Shown here: piece after piece, positions 51,264-63,194 of the stretch
Position numbering within the stretch: the first letter of the stretch is position 1
How the letters are laid out: each line of letters starts with the position of its first letter
Assembly: GCA_030704615.1 (NCBI GenBank)
Contig: CM060733.1
Location: 26,164,001-26,228,000 of the forward strand
Length of the DNA: 64,000 nucleotides
Reading direction: 5' to 3'
From: Takakia lepidozioides
Taxonomy: Eukaryota > Plantae > Bryophyta
The notes under the pieces: generated by a model
What the model saw: the letters and a program-made list of their open reading frames with translations, nothing else
Told to the model about the DNA's origin: nothing
Database searches by the model: none
Translations under genes and position numbers: made by a program

Positions 51264-53188
51264 TGTGGCTTGACAGGATGCAAAGGTGGTGGATGTGAGT
51301 TCATCATCTAGTGGAGACGTGGTAGCAAAGAAGACAAAGAAAAGAAACGGAGAGATGAAGCAGAACTTCAGATCTGCAGATGTTTAGATCTTCACTGAGC
51401 CGCAACATAGATAGATGAACTTGCTGCGGTTCAACCATGTTGACTAAGATCACTCCTTGAGCGGCCACCACGGCCAGCGAAAATGGCAACATATGTCACG
51501 GTCTGTTTTCAGTTGCACGTTTCGGTGGTGGTCAGCAGTGCACAAAAATAAAATATAGTCATTGCGGCTGGTGCTATAAGGCAGACCAAGATGTATATGG
51601 TGCACAGAGGTTGATGAATGAGGCCTAAGACAACAATCCGGGCCTGAAGTTTAAAGACCCCGAAACCTGTGATTACACCTGCGGGGACTTACTATTCGTC
51701 CTAGCATTGAACGTTGTGGAACTGGTCAGCCAATCCACATCCGAGTCACTGGTGGTTACTAGCAATGGGTGGGAAGCTGATGTGCGACTATAGCCAGCCA
51801 CTATGAAGGAGTAGTTGTGGGCTGGTTGATGTGAGGTTGTCTAGCTGCACATTGCGAGGAAGCAAGCAAATGGATGGACAGGGTCAGGCTAGATTTTCTA
51901 GCAAGTGCGTAAGCTGCTGTCCAACAAGGGAAAAGCTGATCAGCAGTAGAAGCATGAGATGCGACGTGTGTGACTTGAGATAGATGTGCACAGGGAAGGA
52001 CCAGCCGCGTAGCCTGCTTTGCGATCAGGTCTTGCATCAGGTCTAGGCGACAGTGGCGGCATTAATGTTTGTGAGACGGGGTGATCTCATATATTAACAT
52101 TGCGGCCTAGTGAAGGAAGACCAAGTGAGGCTCTACATACATGACCAGCGGTGCTTTGATCCGGAGTTGCAGTTAGAAATTGTGAGACAAAAAAAAAAAA
52201 AAAAACATTGTAGTACATTTGGCATTTCGGCCACCAGCAGGTGCAGGTCCAATTATATCACTTGGTCCTTGAAGTGGTACACCAGGCCGAGCTTCTCCCT
52301 TTTGATTTTGCGTTCAGTTGGAAGCCCGCTATCAGTTCTCAAGATGGGGCAGCTTCATCCCATCGCCTTGGTTCTGTGCATGTCCCTAGTCATGGGGACG
52401 TAATAATCACCCTAAGCCAGTTTAGAGTGGTGTTTGAGGTCCTGGAGAGCTTGAGCGTTTACAGCACCAGCGTATACTGTAACCCTCTCGGCTATGGCGA
52501 TCTTCAGGCTGCTCTTGGGGTATATGCCAACGGTCGATGAAGGTATTAGCACCACCTTGGAAATCACAAATTGAACGTGATGGTCTTATTGCTGTGGTTG
52601 ATATGTATTTGCCCAGTACATGAATGGTTGCGGAAAGCCATCTTGGTTGTGGTCACTCTGACAGGGCAGTAGACATGGGCTCTCATATAACAACAATAAG
52701 ATGGCATTGATAGCAGCAGCTTCAATAAGGTGTTCTCGTTCTGAAAATCTGGCATACCAACGAGGACATTACCTTTATCATGGTAATTCCACTGTGGAGA
52801 GATTGAGTTAAGAATCCAAGGAATTCTTAGGGAACCAGGGAACAGGGAACCAAGACAAGTATTGAAAAAAAAAAAGGGGGGGAGTTTTCCTTGTATTTGT
52901 TTTGTCTTGTTAAAAAAAAGAAAAAAAAAAGAAAAAAAAAAGTGTTATGTTTAAAGAGCCTGGTTGGTCATATCTTTGTCAAATGAGCTCCGTTTGACTT
53001 AGTTTTTGAGGGGATAGCTGCAGAAAGGGGAAATCTACCTATCTAGACCTGGTTTTTGTTTTTTGGACTCTGCTAAAAATCTATGGAATTTTTAGAGTGT
53101 GAGTGTGCCATGAAAGATCCACAATTCTGTTTTTTCTAGAACCTGTTTTGGTCTATACGAGAGACAAATTTGTGGATGTCCTCCTTGT

Positions 53189-53938
53189 ATGGCTGGGGGA
53201 AATGAGGACGTAATTGAAGGGCAGGTCTCGTCTCTTAGCCTGTGCACACAAGGGGACAAGATTTATGTTTCCCAAGGAACTCAGACTGATTTGAGTGGAG
53301 AACAGTTGGACGAGTTGATTGCATACTGGGAGTCAGGCATTAGCAGTAGACAACAAACTGCTGTAGTTGGCGTTGAGGGCCTCAATATTGCTTTGGACAG
53401 TCAGAACTCTGTTGGAGCCAGCAGTTCTGCAGCTGTAGGTGAAATACCAAAGTGGGTGAAAACTAGGCTTGGAACACAGCCAAAGACAGCCCCGGGGACC
53501 AAGGTGTTCAGCCACAAGGCCGTGGTGTACTGGAGTAGAGGAACAGGAGCTACACAAGTTTGTGCAATCAGACAGCGTTGCAGCCGGACACGCTCTGCAC
53601 AAGGCAACCACGAGCGGGGGTTCATTAGCAATGACAAGTTTGTTCTGTTTGAAGGAGATGCAGTCATTCGCAATGAGGACACCCGCAACCGTCTCAAAGC
53701 TTTCGAGTTGAGAGACTATCAGACCCTACCTTTGTTTTCTTTAGTGTTCAGTGAGCGGGAGATAGCAGAGTGTTGCTTTGTCTCTACCTGGCAGAAAGAT
53801 GAGGAGGGTTGGTTAGAGCGAGCTACTGTAGCTTGGGACAAGGTTAGTGGCAGGTTTTTGGACATAGATATACCTCCTACACCTTACTATCATGCAGAGC
53901 GAGGCACTTTGAGAGAAGTCTGGCAGTTGATAGCATAG
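53189..53938 (+). CDS. Extra ORF upstream of gag, unknown function (249 aa)
   Basis: Uninterrupted ATG-initiated ORF inside the LTR element; no recognised motif. Confidence 0.6.
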   Translation: MAGGNEDVIEGQVSSLSLCTQGDKIYVSQGTQTDLSGEQLDELIAYWESGISSRQQTAVVGVEGLNIALDSQNSVGASSSAAVGEIPKWVKTRLGTQPKTAPGTKVFSHKAVVYWSRGTGATQVCAIRQRCSRTRSAQGNHERGFISNDKFVLFEGDAVIRNEDTRNRLKAFELRDYQTLPLFSLVFSEREIAECCFVSTWQKDEEGWLERATVAWDKVSGRFLDIDIPPTPYYHAERGTLREVWQLIA

Positions 53939-54467
53939 ATCAGGATTAGATCTTGCTGGGTCGAGCTTCTATTCTTCCCCTCCATCTCTGTACTATTTTC
54001 ATTATCTTGTACTTGTAGTTGCCAAAGCCTCTCTTGGTGGAGGCCAATCAGTCCGGGGTTTTGGGCTGGGATATTCTGCAGGTCAGCACTGCAGATGGAT
54101 TTTGGTGTGGGGGTGTTGATGTTTTGATTTCTTGTGTTTGGATCCCCCCCAACACCTGCATGCTTGACTGTGCGCCATGTTGGTTTTGTGTGGGCGCTTG
54201 CTTTCATAGGGATTAGGCCGGATTTGATCACCGGTCAATCCTAGAGTATGCTGTCGGTGGTGAGGCTTGGAGTGATGACCAGCAAGACCACCAGTGTTTC
54301 TTCTATGGTGAGGCTGGGTTGATGACCAGCCAACCATATGAGTTCTTGCGGTGGATGCAGGTGCAGGTGCCCTGAGCCACTGGGATATGACCCTTAAACT
54401 ACAATAGGTGCCCACCCGTGTCACTATTAGAATTAGTACTAGAGCATTATAGTGTCACGTAGGGGAG

Positions 54468-56558
54468 GTGCACATTGTGAGTGTCATCACGGAGTTACCC
54501 AGGGGTTCTGAGGGGAGTACGACTACAGGCAGTAGCAGTGAGAGTGGGTTCACTAGACGAGGTGTTCGTTTTAGACCACCTTCACCTCCACCCTCAACTA
54601 GTGCAGAGTCAGACACAGACTCGGAGGCTTCATCAACAGGTGTGCAGTTTCATTCGCCATTGTTGTGGGACGACATGGAGGAGATGTATGGAGCTACCAA
54701 GGGGCCTCGTAGGTACTCTGGAGTTGTGGGCATAATCGAGTTGGATGACTTTATCCAGGAGTTCGACAGCTGGTGTGATTTGCAGCAGATGCGCAATCCA
54801 CAGCTATTCACCCCATTCATGGCGTGGAAGGGACTGTTCCAGCATTTGGAAGGCCCGCCTATGGACGACGAGTTCAGGCGAGGACATGAAGCAGAAATTG
54901 AGGAGTGCAGGATGTATTGGTCACCTAACTATGTCTCCATTACTCGAGGCATGACGCGACCAGCAGCTGCATCAGTACCAATATCTCCCACTGCCAGCAC
55001 TAGTAGTGGAACAAGTAGTGCCGGTACTTCTGCAGGTGGTACCAGTTCAAAAGGTGCTACTACTCCTCCTGCCATGACTACAACACATGTGCCTAGATTC
55101 AACCCGGTGGTGGAGTTCTTTCAGGAGTTGTGGAGGAACTACCAAGGTGTACGGACAGAGAAGCTGCGAAGTTTGCAAGACTTCCAGCGCAAACCCAGTG
55201 AGAGCTTGCGAGAGGCCTACACTCGTATGAGGCGCTTGATAAGTGTGACCCAAGGGGTTACTGAAGCTTAGGCAATCCAATTCTGGTATGGAATTTTGGA
55301 CAAGGAGCTCAGGAGAAGGGTGTGGGATGCAACCCTGTTACAAGCAGCCCAACCCACATTAGCAGATGTGTTTCTGCTGGCTGAGCGGATTGAGCTCAAC
55401 ATGGTGGAGGAGCGAGTTGTTACCATTGGATTTGGCAAAGACATGCCTGCACGAGGCGCAGCTGCAAGCCCACAGGCACAAGGGACTGCCCAACAGCGTG
55501 GTCAGGGGGGCAAGGTTTCCCAACCCAAGTTCCATAGAGCTTACAGAGAACCTCAGGTGCAGAGGCTCGTGGCATCTTTTGCAGGCCAATAGCAACCAGG
55601 GGTGATATGTTGGACATGTGGAGGACCCCATGTCAAGAGAGATTGCCCAGAGAGTGGCAGAAGGCCGGCACAAGCACAGCCTGCACAGTTGCAGTGTAGG
55701 CATTGTGGCAAGTATGGGCATGGAGATGCTCAGTGTTATGACTTGCATCCTGAGTTGCGCCCAGGCCAGTTCCAAGGAAACAATGGTGGCCGGGGGCAAG
55801 GTGGACCAGCCCAGAGAGGACGAGGTGGTCGGGCACAAGGTGCAGGCCAAGGGCAAGCTCAACATGGCCAAGGACACGGAGGTCAGGGTGTTGACCAAGG
55901 CATGGCCAACCGGCTTCAGCAGCTAGAGCACAGGCTCGCTGCCATGGCTACAGCTCAGGCGGTACCGGCTCCCAGGCGGGATGGTCCACCTCCTGCGCCT
56001 GAGGGAGGAGATATGGGAGGCATGGGATTCATGTGCGGAGCAGCACTACCACTAGTGCAGGTGGAGTCTGCTGCAGCCGTGACTCGAGGAGCAGCACGAG
56101 TTCCTGAGCCACGAGGTGCAGAGGTGGAATTGGATCCACAGCGTGGGGAGGCAAGCCGTCAGGCGAGGCTTCCTCAGTCATTCACATTGGCGGAGACAGT
56201 GTCGACGCCATCCATGGCACCTAGTTCTCGCCCGACTGTTACCGAGGCAGAGGTTACTATGCCATTGGGGAGAGCTACACGTGCATCACTGACACCTGCT
56301 ACTAAGGCTAGTGCAGCCGGTGTGTTGTTGGGGGCAGCCACCTCTGTGTGTCAAGCCTCACTGTTCTCGGCAACCATGATTGCGACGCCGGGGGTAAGAC
56401 CAGCTGCAATGTTCAGATTAGCAGCAACACTCTATGAGAGTGAGGAGGTCACTTCATCTTCTGCGGAGTTAGTGGAAGGTGTAGTGGCAGAGGGATCCTC
56501 GGATTTGAGGTCAAGACTACCACGGCTGCGCCATGGCAAGCTGCAGCTGCCAGGTTGA
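54468..56558 (+). pseudogene. gag: gag with two zinc knuckles
   Basis: FIQEFDSWCD; FQRKPSESLREAYTRMRRL; CWTCGGPHVKRDC; CRHCGKYGHGDAQC; Gly/Gln-rich tract; stops and frameshifts. Confidence 0.88.
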
Positions 56559-57050
56559 CGGAGCTGCCAGCTAGGCCAGCCTTTGAGCGCGCCATGGTGA
56601 CACCTGGAGTTGTCTTGTTAGACAACCAGGATGGCATTTTCACTTTGAGTGGACCGGCAGGCAAGAAGTACCGGCCACTGCGGGTCTTGTTGGACTCAGG
56701 AGCTCAGCCACTGATGTTGGGCAAAGCTGCTATTGCAGGTTTGGGCCTCATGGAGGTGGATATGGAGCCTTGTCCTTTCCAGATATAGACATCTCTGGGA
56801 GGATCAGAGCAGGCTCGGGGCATGACACGGCGTGAGTTGGCCATTGGACTACAGCCGGATCACCCTACAGATGGCTCAGTGATGCGAGCCAAGGCCATTG
56901 TGACAGACGCGGTCTCGTACGATGTCCTGGTTGATGGGGCAGTGTTGTACCCCATGGGCTTCACCCTGGATTTTTGGGAGGAGTCAGCTTCCTATAGGCC
57001 TGGATGGCAGTCAGGGGAGGGTCGTCGTGTACAGCTCCCTGTGACATTCA
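56555..57050 (+). pseudogene. Retropepsin-like aspartic protease
   Basis: RVLLDSGAQPLMLG ... YDVLVDG; in-frame TAG at 56786. Confidence 0.8.
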
Positions 57051-57404
57051 TTGGAGGTATTGCGGCTGCCCAGCGGGGTAGGATGCCAACACTAGCTGCT
57101 TTTACAGCTGCAGTTAGTTGGCCTGGAGAGTTGCTGGAAGGCAATGCCCATGCAGAGGATGTGTCACCTTCAGCAGAGCAGGATGACATGCATGGTACGG
57201 CGGAGTTGTCTGCCATGGTTGCTCACACTCCATTGTGGGGTACGAGCAAGGATTTGCAGCAGGTTGCTGATGGACGGGTGCAACAAGCCTGGGTAGAGGC
57301 CTTCGTACCGTCAGGAGAAGAGGAGAGTGCGGTGATTGCACCAGGACCACCTCAGTTGTCGCCATTGGATACCACACCTTTTGTGTGGCAGTGCCCGGAT
57401 GAAG

Positions 57405-58343
57405 ACATATGCCTTCTGGACTTGTTTGGCGGAATCAACACTGGATTGGCTGCAGTACTGCAGGCAGGTGTACGAGTTTGACGTTACCTATATGTGGAGA
57501 GGGATGAGACTGCACGACGCGTCTCACTGCGCCATGTTGCTCAGTTGGTACAGCAGTACCCTGATTTGTTGCCAGTGTCTGCAGTTCGTGAATACCAACA
57601 AGCCTTGTCAGCAGACATTTCGTTGCTGGGGGCGCAGGATTTGGAGCAGGTTGGCTCCATTGATCTGGTAGTGGCAGGTTGGCCCTGCCAAGGGCATTCA
57701 TCAGCCGGGCATGGCAATGGATTGCGAGACTCGAGAACGGGTCTATTTTGGGAGATGGGTGCGGGTTTTGCGCCACTTGCAGCTTCATCAAGCTGTATCT
57801 CCAGCATACATCTTGGAGAATGTGCCACTGATGGGTGATTCTCGGGCCAGGATGATGGCCAGTGTGCATCAAGTCCGGTCGTGGCTTGGGTCAGCAGTGT
57901 TGCTGGATGCAGCTGCAGTGGGATCACGGGCTCATCGTCCACGGCTATGGTGGACTAACTTGATGTCACCCGCACTGCTCAAGCATGCATTTGATGGGGT
58001 GCAGCGGCCAACACACCTCATAATGGACAACATTTTGGACACAGGGAGGCAATCTCAACATGTGAGACACGATGACCGTTCGCCTTTGGCAGTCGTCAAC
58101 AGGATGGGTCAACCACGAGCAGCATTACCTACACTGCTCAGCTTCCCGGGATCCCATGCTTTTCGGGATGGTGGACCTGGCCTCCTGTGGGATGCTCAGT
58201 TGCAGCAGTTAGTGGAGCCTAATGCCGACGAGCGAGAGCGGGCTATGGGGTTTTCCACTGGGACCATGGCGGTGCCTTCTCTTTCTGAGGCATCACGTCG
58301 TCAGGTGTTGGGGCAAGCAATGGATCTCAATTGCTTGACCTAG
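57405..58343 (+). pseudogene. DNMT3-type C5 cytosine methyltransferase domain within pol
   Basis: I LDLFGGINTG; IV DLVVAGWPCQGHS; GLFWEM(V)RVL; VI YILENV; VIII LLDAAAVGSRAHRPRLWWTNL; IX ERERAMGF; X RRQVLGQAMD. TGA at 57479; frameshift near 57757. Confidence 0.93.
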
Positions 58344-58779
58344 ATTATTAACTTGGCTATGGCTGAGCAACGTAGAGTGCGGAGTGCACTTCCCTTGACG
58401 GTCTCTCTGCCTACCGAGACGGTACAGGCAGCGAGTGGGGGCGAGCTGGTGAGGACCACGGGGTGTAGACATCCATGGCACACGTGGGAGGTGCTCGAGG
58501 TTCAGAGGGAGTTGGCAGCCAAGGTAGCTATGATGGATGAGGTTGGGGATTCTTCTCGGGTTGATGAGGTCCTCAAGGATGAGATGATGGGGCAGGATGA
58601 GGCCTTGTCATTGACTGAGCAAGCAGGGAGTACTGCTCAAGAGGTTGCGGCATAGCAACCACGGGACGCGTCCTCTACCTCTAAGCCCACTGGACTTAAG
58701 GTTGCAGTTACGGAGGACAATTGGGAGCCTGACATTGGACCCATTGTCACCGGAGGAGAGAGACAACGTATACGGTGGT

Positions 58780-60680
58780 TCCTGAGGGCTTACAGGAATT
58801 GCTTTGCCTTCAGTTTGAAGGACTTAGGAGCACTGAAGGGTCAAGAGATTCGCATTGAATTGGCTACTGACACGCCAATCTTTCGGAGACCCTATAGATA
58901 CAGTGACATGGAGAGGTCCTTGATTCAGATGAGAACTCAGGACCTTTGGGAGGCTGGTTTGGTGGAGCTATCTGGGGGAGAGTATGCTTCAGCCATAGTG
59001 ATGCCAGCCAAGAAGGATGTCTATGGCAATTGGACGGAGAGACGTATGTGCGGTGATTACCGGCCTGTAAATCGTCAGACCAAGTCCGATAGGTATGCCA
59101 TGCCGACACCAGAGGAGATCTTTGATGCCATTGGGCATGCCAAGGTCTTTAGCACGTTGGATTTACGATCCGGATATCACCAGTTGCCGATCAAGGAGGC
59201 GGATAAGCAAAAGACGGCATTCTGGGGGATCAATGAGCACGGGAAGGATTGTCTATACCAGTGGCGGTTCTACCATTTGGGCTTAAGAACGCTCCGGCAT
59301 AATTTCAGAGAGTCATGGACATGATTCTAGCAGGGGTGGAGTTTGCTCGGTGCTACATAGATGACATCATCATTTTTAGTGCTACGGTGGAAGAGCATGA
59401 GAGACACCTTCAGGGGGTTTTGAGCGTTTGAGGGCGCACGGATTGAAGTACATCCGGGAAAGTGCAAGTTTTTCCACAACCAGATGAGTATCTGGGTCAC
59501 ATGATATATCCTGGAGGATTGGGGTACAGCAGACTAAGGTAGAGTCCATTGCACAGGTTCCACGCCCCACGGATGTGAGCCGAGTTTGAGCTTTCATGGG
59601 GTTAGCAAACTATTATAGACGGTTTGTTAAGGGATTTAGTGCCATTGCAAAGGCTCTAACCAAGCTGACCAAGGTGGACCAGGAGTGGCAGTGGGAAGAT
59701 GAGCAAGAACAAGCTTTTCAAGAGCTCAAGGTGAGGTTGACCTCGGCGCCCATCTTGTGACGACCTATCAGGGGGCGTCCTTTTCAGCTGCATACAGATT
59801 GGAGCATGTTGGGGATTGGAGCATGTTGGGGCTTGGAGCGGTGCTCACATAGGTGGATGATGAGGGAAAAGAGTTCGTAGTGGCTTATGCTAGCCGCTCG
59901 AACAACGTTGCAGAGTCTAAGTATAGCTCATATGAGGGAGAATGCTTAGCTGCAGTGTGGGCCGTGGCACACTTCAGGTGCTATCTATATGGCAATCTTT
60001 TCACCCTTGTCACGGATCACCAACCACTCAAGTGGTTGATGGAGTCAGACAAGCTTACGGGGAAGCTTGCACGGTGGGCACTCATCCTTCAAGAGTATGA
60101 CTTTCAGGTGGTGCATCGACCGGGTTTGGTCAATCGCAATGCAGATGGGTTGAGTTGCAATCCATGCACGAGCCAACAGGATGACACTGGAGCTCGGTGG
60201 CATGGTGAGACGGACGAGGAGATGGTGCCTGGATGGCATGCATCTGCATTTCTGTGCATCTTGGCAGCGGAAGGCCAGGTTGGACCTCCAACAGGGATGA
60301 TTGTAGATCAAGTGTCTGAGGACCCTGAGGCCAGTAATGAGCAAGGTGGCGCCAAAGATATACATGAGGATTCAGTTGTGTTGGACTACCTCCGCACTGG
60401 AGACACTGCAGCCACTGTGACTGCCAAGGAGAGGGATCGGATCCTACAACGAGCCAAGAGGTTCAAGTGGGAGGGGACACACCTGCTCCGAGTGTGGGAG
60501 GATGGTCGAGTAAGGATTGTGCCTCACCCAACACAGCGGGCACGGTTAGTGCGGCATGCCCATGAGGAGTTGGGGCATTTTGGGGTGCGACGCACTCATA
60601 GTCTACTGCAGGGGCAGTATTGGTGGCGTGGTATGCACACAGAGGTGCAACAATTTGTGGCTAGGTGCATGGTGATGGAG
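58780..60680 (+). pseudogene. pol: RT, RNase H and integrase HHCC zinc domain; integrase core absent
   Basis: RMCGDYRPVN; STLDLRSGYHQ; KTAFW; YIDDII; LHTDWS; VAYASRS; TDHQPLKWL; ARWALILQEYDF; NADGLS; HEELGHFG...YWW...VARC. Confidence 0.95.
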
Positions 60681-61503
60681 AATCTCCACAGGTGACGACA
60701 AATGCGCAAGAGCAGCTTGACACCCAAGCACATCAGTTCAAGCTGGAGAATTCTGGAGAAGCAGAGAGCCTACGCGACTTTGTGGCGAGGTACTTTCTGC
60801 TCTACAAAAATGACCTGTTCTTTCGAGAGATACCGCATGCCCGCCGGAGCCACGAGTTCACCGACCAGCCGAACGCGGACAAAGCGGCAATGCGCCTTCT
60901 GTATAGGTAAATATGTGGTGCTCCTCTTTGATCTGTGGCCATTGTAGTCCCTGGAGTTCCTGGATGTAAAACGGCTTGTGTGGGGCATGACAACTGGTTG
61001 TGAAGAAATGGCTAAGTCCCTGGAAAAATGGCGCCGAATTTCCAGATTCGGGCTAGTATTGATATTCTTGAAGTGGATTTGTTCTAACTGTAGGATGCCA
61101 AGTACTGCAGGAGGGACGTCTACACCGCAGTTCATGGGCAGGAGGAACGTGCCTTATTTTGCCAGGGGGGATTTCATGCCGAGTCCAGAAAGGGACTACA
61201 TCCTTCCTACTTATGCTGCCCAGCTTGCTTCGGTGTCCATTAAGAGGTCTTCTGAACCTAGTCGTGTACAGCAGATTTTAGATGAGGCAAGCCTCAAGAA
61301 AATGAAGATGAGGGAGGAGGCAGCTCATTGCGATGCCCCAGGCGTCGCAAGTGGGGATTTTCAGGGGGGTTGGATCTACGACCCCCCTGACGTTGCCTTA
61401 AGTCCAAAATCTGCGACGCCCCCATAACGACGCGAGAGACGTTGCAGATTTGTGATTTTCACCATTCTGGAAATCCGCGATTGACGTCGCTGGGGCGTCG
61501 TTA

Positions 61504-61542
<39 letters not shown>

Positions 61543-61619
61543 CAAACGGTGTAATGCATAAAAAGCAGCATTGACAAGTGGCATTTTGGGCACTGGATGC
61601 AGTGGTATCTGCAAGTTTG

Positions 61620-61766
61620 AGGTGCATGTTGTGTGGGTCTGCTAAAGGGGCAGCCACCATGTTGGTGTGTGATCGATGCTCTAGAGGTTGGCATATGGGA
61701 TGCTTGACTCCACCTCTTGAGATGGTTCCGGATGGGGATTGGTTATGTCCACAATGCATTGGATAG
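61620..61766 (+). CDS. PHD finger (C4HC3) at the pol C-terminus
   Basis: CMLCGSAKGAATMLVCDRCSRGWHMGCLTPPLEMVPDGDWLCPQC. Confidence 0.92.
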   Translation, partial: RCMLCGSAKGAATMLVCDRCSRGWHMGCLTPPLEMVPDGDWLCPQCIG

Positions 61767-62026
61767 TGGGAGTGGATACAACCATGGGAGACTAACAAGA
61801 AATGCAAGGCCAAACTACTAGGAGACCTTGAACACACGAGATCCTGGCTCAAGTTCACAGATTGCAAGACGACGACTAACGATGGGGCTACTCTTGTACC
61901 CGGCCTCTTGGTCTACAGAGTTTGAGTACAACAGGGCCAGTGATAGAGGACTTAGTACGGCTGTGGCTATTACATCTTGTAGCTATCTAGAGTTAGAGGG
62001 ACCTATCCACCAGCTAGGGGGGCGAT

Positions 62027-62555
62027 TGTGGCAGACTACTTTATTGTGCATCTATGTGTGGTGTGGTTTGGACAGCGATGTAGTTGTATAGCGATATGTA
62101 TGCGTACGACAGCTGTCAAGTTAAATAAACACAGTGTGAAACTAACTAGAATAAAACTAGTTATTTATATTTAACACTTGGATTTAGTTCAAGTGTTAAG
62201 TCAGGTGTCAAGTTTGAGCTTGACACCTGAACCATCTTATCTTCACGAGAGCGTCAGTCGCGCAGCTCATCTCTCTCGAGTTGAGCCTGCGCGACCGAGC
62301 TCCTTCATGCTTTAGAATCTGAGTGTGCTTATGTATGGGTATAGGTTGTTGTGGGGTGGAGTCCCCATAGCTTGGGGTGCCCCTGGCTCGACTATTATCT
62401 TAAAGAGTGATAGAGATGGATTTCATGTTTCTTGTGTTAAGAGTGTGTGTCCTTTAGCTTTCGTATCAATTGTGGCAGACTACTTTATTGTGCATCTATG
62501 TGTGGTGTGGTTTGGACAGCGATGTAGTTGTGTAGCGATATGTATGCGCACGACA
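62027..62555 (+). repeat. 3' terminal repeats B1 (62027-62111), A2 (62114-62468), B2 (62471-62555)
   Basis: B is 85 bp, TGTGGCAG...ACGACA, with 2 mismatches between copies. Junctions CA-GC-TG and CA-AT-TG. Confidence 0.95.
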
Positions 62556-63194
62556 TATTTGATATGATATTTAGATATGATGGATTATGACAATTACTGG
62601 TTGTGGATATATGTATTTTTTGGTTTCATTTTTGGTTGTTTTTGTATTGTGACATATGTCTGAAAATATATTTTCTCATTTATATACAAAATTATTCATT
62701 AAATGTGAATGATGATTTAACTTCATTTTCAATTGGGCATATCGCAGTTACAATATATCATGTGAGTCACACATGATGCTAAAAGTTATACTTTTGTTTC
62801 ATTTGATTTAATAATGAATAATAGGCCAACATTATCACCAGTGAATTTTATTTACCTTTATATTTTCTATCGTGTCATAGCTACCGCCTTTTATTTGGAA
62901 AGTAAACATTTTTTAACGGCTGTAACCAGGACAACGAGGAAGGGTTAAGTTACCGGTTGTTCCATTAGCCCTTTTTCTCAACAAAGCTTAAGGAGCCAAC
63001 GCTACCTGAATCCGGCGAAAGTACGTCAAATTGCACGTGTGCATTAGGTAATTACATTGTTTCTATTGTTTTTCGCACAAAATATATTTCCAATCAAAAT
63101 GACCATCGGTTCTCAGAAGTCGTCACTAGCAATGCGAAGCAACGCGTAGCCCTAGTAAACAATAACACTAACTGTCTCAATTGTGCACAATAAG

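Larger units (their letters stand above)
50208..62555 (+). mobile_element. Ty3/gypsy LTR retrotransposon (defective) with DNMT and PHD domains and permuted terminal repeats
   Basis: TG...CA ends flanked by TATT/TATT; order gag-PR-DNMT-RT-RH-INT(Zn)-PHD; PPT AGGGGGG at 62016-62022. Confidence 0.95.

Noticed and set aside
57405-58343. Bacterial restriction-modification methylase or contamination
   Set aside because: Embedded in gypsy pol with DNMT3-like motifs; no endonuclease partner.
50208-62555. DIRS/Ngaro tyrosine-recombinase element
   Set aside because: Aspartic protease, gypsy-type RT/RNase H, integrase HHCC, PPT, TG..CA ends and an apparent TSD; no recombinase motifs seen.
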